From contig JARLJC010000045.1 of assembly GCA_031291435.1 (NCBI GenBank), forward strand, positions 4,346-28,345: DNA of 24,000 nucleotides. Reading direction: 5' to 3'. The notes beneath the pieces were generated by a model. That model was not told where the DNA came from. It saw only the letters and a list, made by a program, of their open reading frames with translations, and ran no database searches. Source of the stretch: Alphaproteobacteria bacterium. Lineage in GTDB: Bacteria > Pseudomonadota > Alphaproteobacteria > UBA9219. Numbering within the stretch: position 1 is the first letter of the stretch; the number at the start of each line of letters is the position of its first letter. This document shows, one piece after another, positions 8,252-15,230 of the stretch. Made by a program: the position numbers and the translations under genes.

Positions 8252-10186
8252 ATGCAGTTCAAGAATATGTCGCTGGCTACCAAGCTTGGCCTGGCCGTCG
8301 CGGTTCTTTTCCTGCCGACCTTTCTGCTGGCCTATTTTCTGGTAGCGGAAAAAGACGTTCTGATCGATTTCACGCGCCAGGAAATAGCGGGCGTCCAGTA
8401 TCTGCGCGCCGCACAAAAAGGTTTTGAGGTCGTCACATCGGCAGTTTTCGATAAAGCCGCAGCCGCTACGGCCGCGGCGGCCATTCAGGCGGCGGAGCAG
8501 GCCGATAACGGCACGCTTGGCCTGACCCAGAAAAGTTCGGCCGCTGCCGCTGCGCTTGCTTCCGGGAATGTGGCCGATGCCGATGCGGCGGTTTCCGATG
8601 TCATCTCCTCGATCTCCGACAGTTCCAATATTACGCTCGATCCCGACAATGACGCCTATTTTGTCGGCGACATGCTGGTCAATCAGGCCGAAGGTATTCT
8701 GCAAAAGAATTCCGATCTGGTTGCTGCCGCGGAAAGTCTGCAAAAGGAAAAGAATGAGGACGGGCTGAGCGCCTTTGCCATAGCGCGCGACGAATTGGCA
8801 ACCGCCGCAGGCAATTTCGCCAATGACTATGCCAAGGCTGTTAAGGGAAATGCCGACGGCCTTCTGGACGGCAATATCGGCAACAGCGCGAAAAACGTTA
8901 TCGAGGTTACCGGCAAAATGATTGCCGCCGCCAAGGCCAATGATTATGTGGGCGTCGTCGCCGCCGACGCGTCGGTGGACGCCGCTATTCTGGCTTCTTT
9001 TCCTAAACTTGACGACGAAATGGCGCGCCTGCTGGAGGCCCGGATCGCCGGTTTTCATAAAACCATTATCGATCGCCTGGCGATATCCTTTCTTCTTCTG
9101 ATGACGGGGGCCTTGATCGCCTTTGTCGTTGTGCGGTCGATTTCGCGCCCAATCATCCGTATCGTCGCGGCCATGGACCGTATTACCGCGGGCGATCTCA
9201 ATGTCGATCTGCCCAAAGACAGCCGCCGCGACGAAGTCGGCCAGTTAATGAAAGCAACGGTCGCTTTCCATCAGGCTGCCACGCGGGCCGCGCAGGCCAA
9301 GTCCGACGAGGAAAAACGCGGCGAAGAAGAACGCGTGCGCGCCGCCCAGATATCGGAACTCAATGTCGCTTTCAGCGAATCCGTCAAGCAGGTGATGGAT
9401 ACCGTTCTCGGTGCGGTCAGGCAGGTCGGCAAGAACGGCGTCAATATCGCGCAGGATGCAGAAGGCGCTGCGGCCCAGGCCTCGCTGATCGCCGCCGCCG
9501 CCGAGGAAGCCTCGGCCAATGTTCAGACCGTCGCCGCCGCTTCGGAAGAACTGTCCGCTTCGATTCAGGAGATTTCGGTGCGCGTGCAGGAAGCCAGCGG
9601 CATTGCGGAAAAAGCCAGCAAGGAAACCAGAGCCGCGCGCGCCACGGTCGAAACCCTCTCGACCGCGACAATCAAGATCGGCGAGGTTATCAACCTGATC
9701 ACCGAAATCGCCAGCCAGACCAATCTGCTTGCCCTTAACGCCACCATCGAAGCGGCACGGGCCGGCGAAGCGGGCAAGGGATTCGCGGTGGTTGCTGCCG
9801 AAGTCTAGACGCTGGCCAACCAGACCTCGCGCGCGACCGAGGACATTACCGGCCATATCACGTCAATTCAGCAGGCGGTTCAGGGCGTTATCGAGGCGAT
9901 CGGGGGCATCGATTTAACCATCGGGCAGGTCAACACCATTTCCACAACCATTGCCAGCGCCATCGAGGAACAGGGCGCCGCCACTCAGGAAATCGCGCGA
10001 AATGTTCAGGAAGCCGCCATCGGCACCTCCGAGGTTACCAATAATGTCACACGTATCGCGACAATGATCGAAGGCACAAAAAATGCTTCCCAAGACGTAT
10101 TGGGGTCAGTAAAAAGCCTAGAGAATCAAACGAGCCGCCTTGATGAGGATATCAGTTCCTACATCTCGAACATCAAGGCAGTCTAA
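8252..10186 (+). pseudogene. Methyl-accepting chemotaxis protein interrupted by one in-frame TAG (9806-9808)
   Basis: The ORF 8252-9808 encodes an N-terminal TM helix, a periplasmic helical domain, a second TM helix, a HAMP domain ('[18 protein letters not shown]...DEVGQL') and the signalling tip '[30 protein letters not shown]'. It then hits TAG. The same frame continues without further stops as 'TLANQTSRATEDI...AIEEQGAATQEIARNVQEAAIGTSEV...ISNIKAV' to TAA 10184-10186. The paralogue at 16770 reads '[11 protein letters not shown]' at this point, so TAG replaces a Lys/Arg codon. Confidence 0.8.
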
Positions 10187-10242
10187 CCCTGTTCCTAGCC
10201 TAATCCATCCACCACCAAGCAAACATCAACCAGGAGAAAAAT

Positions 10243-11496
10243 ATGCATCGTTCCCCTATCAACATATCGTTACGCGCCGTTTTGCTCGTAACCACAATTC
10301 TTTCCCTTCCCGCCGCCGCTCAGGCCGCCGATGCCGCCGGTAAATGGTCGGATACGATTGCATTCTCCGGCCATGCCGAAGCCGGCATCGCCTTCAATCC
10401 CGCCGCTCCCGGCAATGACGAAAATGTCGGCAGCCTGATGACTGACCGCGCCAATCAGGTCGAAATGAACCAGCTCTTCCTGACCGTGGAACGCCCGATC
10501 GACAGCAGCTCGAACAAGTTCGATATCGGCTTCCGTCTGCAGGGCAATTTCGGCACCGACGCGCGCTATACGCACTCGCTGGCCGAAACCGACCATCTGA
10601 TCCACAGCCGCTATCAGTTCGACGTCAACGAAGCCAGCGTCAGCATGCATCTGCCGACCAAGATGAGCTTCCTTGACAGCGTTGACCTCAAGCTCGGCCA
10701 GATTCCTTCGCCCTTCAGCGCGGAAGTCATCGATGCCACTCAGAACCAGCTCTATTCGCACTCCTACATTTTCAACTTCGGCGTTCCGGCCAAGAGCACC
10801 GGCGCTTTGGCGACCGCTCACGTCAATCCGATGCTCGATATTTATGCTGGCTTTGATACCGGCGTGAATGGCGGCATCGATAGCCGTGGCGACAACAACG
10901 GCAACATCAAGGCGCAGTTCGGTTTTGGTTTGAACAACCTCGCCGACGGCAAGCTGTCGGTTGTGGCTTTGACCCATATGGGCACCGAGAACCCGACCAA
11001 TTATGGTTTGCCGCACACGATGCGTTACCTCAACGACATCACCGCGACCTATAAGGCTAACGACAAATGGACTTTCGTGACCGACGTCAACTATGCCCAG
11101 GAAGATGTTACCAACAGCACGGCTTATGGCCTCGCTCAGTACGCGACCTATACGCTGAACGATAATGTGTCGTTTACCGCCCGCGGGGAAATGTTCCGCG
11201 ACAATGGCGGCTGGGTTGTCGTCAATCCCGGCTACTTCGACTCGGCTAACGGCCAGCGCGGCCTGCCGGTCAGCGCCGGTCAGTATGTGGGGCCGCACAC
11301 CACTTATGGCGAGTTCACGCTCGGCATGAACTGGAAGCCCGGTTTTGTGCCCAAGGCGATTGCCGGCACCGTGGTTCGCCCCGAACTGCGTGTCGATCAC
11401 TCGTTCAACGACAGCAAGCCGTTCAACAGCAGCAGCACCAGCCTTGGCGACAACACCTCGTTCACCCCGGCGGTGGATGTCGTGGTGCCGTTCTAA
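10243..11496 (+). CDS. Outer-membrane beta-barrel porin (OmpL-like / 'porin-2' type)
   Basis: AGGAG lies at 10231-10235. The signal peptide ends 'LPAAAQA'. The mature protein shows the alternating amphipathic strand pattern of a beta-barrel. 'NQVEMNQLFLTVERP' resembles the bbp2 family (memory only). The C-terminal 'DVVVPF' ends in Phe, which is the outer-membrane protein sorting signature. Confidence 0.8.
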   Translation: MHRSPINISLRAVLLVTTILSLPAAAQAADAAGKWSDTIAFSGHAEAGIAFNPAAPGNDENVGSLMTDRANQVEMNQLFLTVERPIDSSSNKFDIGFRLQGNFGTDARYTHSLAETDHLIHSRYQFDVNEASVSMHLPTKMSFLDSVDLKLGQIPSPFSAEVIDATQNQLYSHSYIFNFGVPAKSTGALATAHVNPMLDIYAGFDTGVNGGIDSRGDNNGNIKAQFGFGLNNLADGKLSVVALTHMGTENPTNYGLPHTMRYLNDITATYKANDKWTFVTDVNYAQEDVTNSTAYGLAQYATYTLNDNVSFTARGEMFRDNGGWVVVNPGYFDSANGQRGLPVSAGQYVGPHTTYGEFTLGMNWKPGFVPKAIAGTVVRPELRVDHSFNDSKPFNSSSTSLGDNTSFTPAVDVVVPF

Positions 11497-11522
11497 GCCT
11501 CGTCGCTTAGGATAAAAATTAA

Positions 11523-11551
11523 GGGCGGCCTTTCGGGGCCGCCCTTTTTTT
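11523..11551. terminator. Bidirectional intrinsic terminator between the porin (+) and the hypothetical gene (-)
   Basis: GGGCGGCC (11523-11530) pairs with GGCCGCCC (11537-11544). It is followed by T7 on the plus strand. On the minus strand the same hairpin is followed by TTAATTTTTAT. Confidence 0.8.
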
Positions 11552-11565
11552 GCCTGCTTAAAAGT

Positions 11566-12048
11566 TCAGGGCGCCGGATTTGCGGGCGGGATTGGAGCAG
11601 GCCTGTAGCCGGGCAGACTTAAAGTGCCGTCCTCGATCTTCTCGATCACATAATCTTCAATTTGCCGCGCGGTCTCAGGCGGAATGACAAGGCCGCTCTG
11701 CGTCATTTGCGCCTCGCCCCTCTTGCCGCTGATTCCGGGGCCTTCCTCGATTGCATAGTCGAACACATAGGCGTCCATCCCCCGGTCTTTGTAACGAATG
11801 AGGGTCACCAGCGTTACATGGCGCCAATGACCGAAAATCCGGCCTGCCAGACCGGTGCGTTCCTGCGCGAGATTGAAACTGGCGATGCGGTCATCCGCGT
11901 TGCCGCCTGCCGTCGCCGGGCGCGCTTCAAGATTCGTTCCGTACCGGCGGTTGAGATCGTTGGCGAGGCGTCTGCCGATACCGGCGGCTTCCAGGGCGAA
12001 ACTTTCGGCAGCCGTCTGCCTGGCGCGTGCGGGAATAACTTCGGTCAT
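11566..12048 (-). CDS. Hypothetical protein (160 aa, Pro-rich C-terminus), orphan
   Basis: The track ORF is 11566-12099. The preferred start is the ATG at 12046-12048 ('MTEVIPARARQ'). There is no signal peptide or TM segment and no motif I recognise. It is flanked by duplicated sequence blocks (see findings). Confidence 0.55.
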   Translation of the reverse strand: MTEVIPARARQTAAESFALEAAGIGRRLANDLNRRYGTNLEARPATAGGNADDRIASFNLAQERTGLAGRIFGHWRHVTLVTLIRYKDRGMDAYVFDYAIEEGPGISGKRGEAQMTQSGLVIPPETARQIEDYVIEKIEDGTLSLPGYRPAPIPPANPAP

Positions 12049-12105
12049 GATAATCGAGCCTTTCAAATAGTATCCGCGCATTATCTCTGGAAAAGGCATG
12101 CCTGC

Positions 12106-12150
12106 AAAACAAAAATAGCGGAACCGGTTCCGCCAAGTTTGAAGGGTACT
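12106..12150. repeat. Second copy of the carD 3'UTR/terminator block (partner at 12868-12920)
   Basis: 'aaaacaaaaatagcggaaccggttccgccaagtttgaagggtact' matches 'acaaacaaaaaaatggcggaaccggtgagggttccgccaagtctgaaaggtact'. The two have the same order and orientation and differ by a 6-nt loop indel and a few substitutions. Confidence 0.8.
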
Positions 12151-12154
12151 TCAG

Positions 12155-12271
12155 CGGCACCGTGGTTCGACCGAAACTGCGCGTCGATCACTCGTTCAAC
12201 AACAGCAACGCCAGCGCCTGGGCGACAACGCCTTGTTCACCGCCGCGGCGGATGTCGTGGTGCCGTTCTAA
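12155..12271 (+). pseudogene. Remnant of a porin gene 3' end (paralogous copy of 11364-11496), truncated and frameshifted
   Basis: 'cggcaccgtggttcgaccgaaactgcgcgtcgatcactcgttcaac...gatgtcgtggtgccgttctaagcc' parallels the last ~45 codons of the porin gene. An internal 16-nt length difference shifts the frame. Similarity continues past the stop to about 12313, into a decayed copy of the terminator ('aagggctgcccttttt'). The track ORF 12162-12398 is this remnant read through. Confidence 0.8.
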
Positions 12272-12394
12272 GCCTTACCGCTTGGTGGACAAGTTAAAGG
12301 GCTGCCCTTTTTCTATGCTGTCCTTAACCATAAATGAAACTATTTTACCTTGCGGCTCCTTGATAGGGTTGGGAACCCATTTTAGGAGGCGCAA

Positions 12395-12631
12395 ATGAGT
12401 AGAGACGGTTTTCTATCAGGTATCGAACCTGCGCGGTCGGCAGAAGAAATCAAAGCGGACTTTGCACGCAATAGAAATTTCGGCAGATGGCCGTTCGATG
12501 AAAGAGCTGGAGCCCAGGAATATGGAATGATCGATATGGGTGATAGCATTCATTGGGTTGAGCCTGACGGTGCTGCCGCGCGCGGCGCCCGCACAAAAGC
12601 TGGTTCTGCTTCTGTGCCCGTGATCCGATAG
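12395..12631 (+). CDS. Hypothetical small protein (78 aa), orphan
   Basis: The ATG follows a strong AGGAGG (12383-12388) at ideal spacing. AT-richer codon choice (aga, ata, agt) differs from the flanking core genes. No recognised motif. Confidence 0.5.
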   Translation: MSRDGFLSGIEPARSAEEIKADFARNRNFGRWPFDERAGAQEYGMIDMGDSIHWVEPDGAAARGARTKAGSASVPVIR

Positions 12632-12656
12632 AGATTTCGGAAACAATCGCGTAAAT

Positions 12657-12858
12657 GAGCCGTCATTCCGCAAAATTTTCTTTTCGCTCTTACCCACGCC
12701 AGCGGGGAAGGCGAAAGAAAATTTGTCCGGAATCCAGTTGGCCTTTCAGCATAGAACGTCGCCTGACATTTCTTCCTGATAGGGCAACTGGATTCCGGAC
12801 ATATTCGCATTTTCCCGCGCAAGCGCGTGAAAAAGCGAATTTTCCGGAATGACGGCTC
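12657..12858. repeat. About 200-bp nested inverted-repeat element (MITE-like or structured-RNA-like)
   Basis: The outer inverted repeat is gagccgtcattccgCaaaatt (12657-12677) against aattttCcggaatgacggctc (12838-12858), 20 of 21 bases. The inner perfect 17-bp repeat is tgtccggaatccagttg (12724-12740) against caactggattccggaca (12785-12801). Each arm between them is itself a ~17-18-bp hairpin (about 12678-12722 and 12803-12840). Confidence 0.75.
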
Positions 12859-12870
12859 TTGTGGCGACAA

Positions 12871-12904
12871 ACAAAAAAATGGCGGAACCGGTGAGGGTTC
12901 CGCC
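12871..12904 (-). terminator. Intrinsic terminator of carD
   Basis: On the minus strand, GGCGGAACC-ctcacc-GGTTCCGCC is followed by ATTTTTTTGTTTG. It lies about 35 nt downstream of the carD stop. Confidence 0.8.
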
Positions 12905-12940
12905 AAGTCTGAAAGGTACTATGGCTATCGGTAGAAAAAC

Positions 12941-13459
12941 TTAGGCTGCTTTCTTGGACTCACGTTCCTTGGTCAGGACATTTTCCAGCTTGATCGTGGC
13001 CTTGTCCTGATCGATCTTTTCGACGGCGGCGAGTTCGCGCGCCAGACGTTCCAGCGCGGCCTGATAAATCTGGCGTTCGCTGTAAGACTGTTCCGGCTGA
13101 TCCGAACCGCGATGCAGATCGCGCACCACTTCGGCGATCGAGACGGGGTCGCCCGAATTGATCTTTGATTCATATTCCTGAGCGCGGCGGCTCCACATCA
13201 CGCGGCGAACCTTGGAACGGCCCTGCAAAGTGGACAGAGCTTCTTTGATCCGGTCGCGCGACGACAGGCGGCGCAGGCCCGAAGTTTTGGCCTTCGATAC
13301 CGGCACCTTGAGGCGCATGCGGTCCTGCTCGAACGAGATCGAGTAGAGCATCACATCCTGGCCCGACACGGAGAACGCGTCAATGCCTTCGACACGGCCG
13401 ACGCCGTGCGCGGGGTAAACAACGAAATCGCCTTTTTTGAACTCAAGCTTCTCGCCCAT
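12941..13459 (-). CDS. carD: CarD/CdnL-family RNA-polymerase-binding transcription regulator
   Basis: 'FKKGDFVVYPAHGVGRVEGI' is the CarD_CdnL_TRCF N-terminal domain, followed by a helical C-terminal domain. The preferred start is the ATG at 13457-13459, preceded by GAGGGA. The track start at 13474 is a GTG five codons upstream. Confidence 0.9.
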   Translation of the reverse strand: MGEKLEFKKGDFVVYPAHGVGRVEGIDAFSVSGQDVMLYSISFEQDRMRLKVPVSKAKTSGLRRLSSRDRIKEALSTLQGRSKVRRVMWSRRAQEYESKINSGDPVSIAEVVRDLHRGSDQPEQSYSERQIYQAALERLARELAAVEKIDQDKATIKLENVLTKERESKKAA

Positions 13460-13756
13460 GCTGCTTTCCCTCACCTGTTAAAACTAGTTCCTAGGCTTCC
13501 GGTCATCACAAGATATAGGACAGGGAAAAGGAAACAAAACCGGTCCGCTTTCCTTCTCGATTATCAGCTTCGCCCGCTATCTTGTTAGGAACATTGCCTT
13601 GCGCAGGGACTTATATACCATTTATTAGGATTTATTACAAAACTTTTGCGCAATAAAAATGAGTTTTCGTTGTTTATCAATGAGATAAACAGAATCGAAT
13701 CGATTCGAAATTAACCATATTGGGGTGATTCCTGCCTCGGGCAGGCCAAAAAGGGG

Positions 13757-14089
13757 CTATTCCCCCGGCTTGTCGCTGAAGTTATTGGCGAACTTGTCCG
13801 GCTTGCCCTTCCAGTCGTCGGCGTCGGGCGGGGCATCCTTCTTACGCGTGATATTTGGCCATTTGGCGGCATATTCGCGGTTCATTTCCAGCCATTTCTC
13901 GGCTTCGCCCGCGGTATCGGAGATAATCGCCTCGGCCGGGCATTCGGGCTCGCACACGCCGCAATCGATGCATTCGTCAGGGCTGATGACGAGCATGTTC
14001 TCGCCTTCGTAAAAACAATCGACGGGGCAGACTTCGACGCAATCCATGTATTTGCAGCGGATGCAGGCTTCGGTAACGACGTAAGGCAT
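13757..14089 (-). CDS. fdxA: 7Fe ferredoxin (3Fe-4S + 4Fe-4S), FdxA type
   Basis: '[14 protein letters not shown]' and '[12 protein letters not shown]' are the two cluster motifs. The product is 110 aa. GGGAG lies upstream of the ATG. The fdxA-carD arrangement is the usual alphaproteobacterial one. Confidence 0.95.
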   Translation of the reverse strand: MPYVVTEACIRCKYMDCVEVCPVDCFYEGENMLVISPDECIDCGVCEPECPAEAIISDTAGEAEKWLEMNREYAAKWPNITRKKDAPPDADDWKGKPDKFANNFSDKPGE

Positions 14090-14238
14090 AAAAAGCTCCC
14101 TGGCGCGCGCGATCGTTTAACATGAAAAGCCTGTGGTTTTTCGTGTTAAGCGTGAATCGCCCGCGTTTTTAATAAAGGACGAAAGTCCTTCTTAAGCAAG
14201 GATTGCACCAATAGCAATACCCAGCTATTTTGGCGCGC

Positions 14239-14658
14239 ATGACCTCACGTATCGAAAAACTTTGCATCGAGCGCGGCCTTAAAATGACCGAGCAGCGGCG
14301 CGTTATCAGCCGGGTTCTGTCCGAGGCTTCCGACCACCCGGATGTCGAGGAAATATACCGCCGTTCGGCTAAAATCGACCCCAGGATCAGCATCGCCACG
14401 GTTTACCGCACCATGCGGTTATTGGAAGATGCTGGAGTGATCGAGCGCCTCGATCTGCGCGACGGCCGCGCCCGTTATGAGGAAAACCGCGACGAGCATC
14501 ACCATCACCTTGTCGATGTGAAAACCGGCGAAGTGATCGAATTCAAGAATGAAGAGCTCGAGCAGCTCAAGGCCCGCATCGCCCGCGACCTTGGCTACGA
14601 CATCATAGGCGACCGGCTCGAACTCTATGGCACCAAGCGCAAGGATGCCCCCAAGTAA
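14239..14658 (+). CDS. fur: Fur-family metalloregulator (Fur/Mur-like; lacks the CxxC zinc-site pairs)
   Basis: The product is colinear with Fur. Shared segments are 'GLKMTEQRRVISRVL', 'ISIATVYRTMRLLEDAGVI' (winged helix) and 'HHHHLVDVKTGEVIEF' (compare E. coli 'HHDHLICLDCGKVIEF'). It has only one Cys. ATG 14239 is preferred over the TTG at 14230. Fur, Mur and Irr cannot be separated by eye. Confidence 0.85.
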   Translation: MTSRIEKLCIERGLKMTEQRRVISRVLSEASDHPDVEEIYRRSAKIDPRISIATVYRTMRLLEDAGVIERLDLRDGRARYEENRDEHHHHLVDVKTGEVIEFKNEELEQLKARIARDLGYDIIGDRLELYGTKRKDAPK

Positions 14659-14766
14659 CCCCCAACGAACTCATTGACGCTTTGAGGCGAAGCCTCTAAA
14701 GCATTTGCCTCAATGTCCTGCGATTCACGTTTGAAGCATAGGGTTCAAAAACGATCGCGGACAGGC

Positions 14767-14841
14767 GCCGTTGTAGCTCAGGGGTAGAGCAGGGCTTTCG
14801 TAAAGCCAAGGTCGGGGGTTCAATTCCCTCCAACGGCACCA
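14767..14841 (+). tRNA. tRNA-Thr (anticodon CGU)
   Basis: Manual cloverleaf. The acceptor stem is GCCGTTG/CAACGGC. The D arm is GCTC-AGGGGTA-GAGC. The anticodon arm is GGGCT-TTCGTAA-AGCCA, giving anticodon CGT. The T arm is GGGGG-TTCAATT-CCCTC. The discriminator is A and CCA is encoded. It closely parallels E. coli tRNA-Thr(CGU). Confidence 0.92.
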
Positions 14842-15230
14842 CTCAAACGCTGAATAGAGTGTGACGGACATAGGTGCCAGCGCTATGCAATCGGCAAGGA
14901 CCGATTCGCGCGGCTCCCGGAAGCTGCTTTTTCGCTCCCGATCAACCCGACCGATCCCGTCTCCAAATAATTCTTCGCATTCGGATGTATGCCATATTTC
15001 TGTACAAAAACCACTCAATACACTTTAAAAGTGTGCGCGATCGCACGCATAATGAGGCAAGAATATGTCACACACCCGCATGCCATTGTAAATACTATAA
15101 AACAATGTGTTTTTTTAATGCATTTTTAAATCGGAATCTTTATGAGTGTCTTGTCATCGCGACAACGATTCCCGCAAAAAGTGCCGCCCGCCTTTTCCCC
15201 CAATTCCTCTCAACCCGATCAGGTGTCTCC

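Noticed and set aside
12657-12858. The idea that the nested inverted-repeat element is 6S RNA or another known housekeeping RNA (SRP, tmRNA piece, retron msr/msd).
   Set aside because: Closing-stem plus internal-hairpin architecture superficially resembles 6S RNA. However, I see no sequence resemblance to the 6S or SRP motifs I remember. The usual genomic context is absent, and there is no reverse transcriptase nearby. It remains an unclassified element.
12550-12906. ORFs inside the nested inverted-repeat element: 12416-12697(-), 12550-12906(-) and 12655-12852(+).
   Set aside because: The plus- and minus-strand products mirror each other ('ICPESS...TGFRT' on both strands) because the DNA is palindromic. 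There is no ribosome-binding site.
14725-15018. A 97-aa minus-strand ORF overlapping tRNA-Thr.
   Set aside because: It is the reverse translation of the tRNA gene and the AT-rich spacer. It shows no coding features.
15037-15044. GCGATCGC (HIP1-like octamer).
   Set aside because: I noticed only this one occurrence in the window. It is not an iterated palindrome as in cyanobacteria.
15195-15212. Possible att-like direct repeat of the tRNA-Thr 3' end ('caattcctctcaac' vs 'caattccctccaac').
   Set aside because: Only about 7 contiguous bases match. No integrase or other mobile gene lies between the copies. It is most likely chance.
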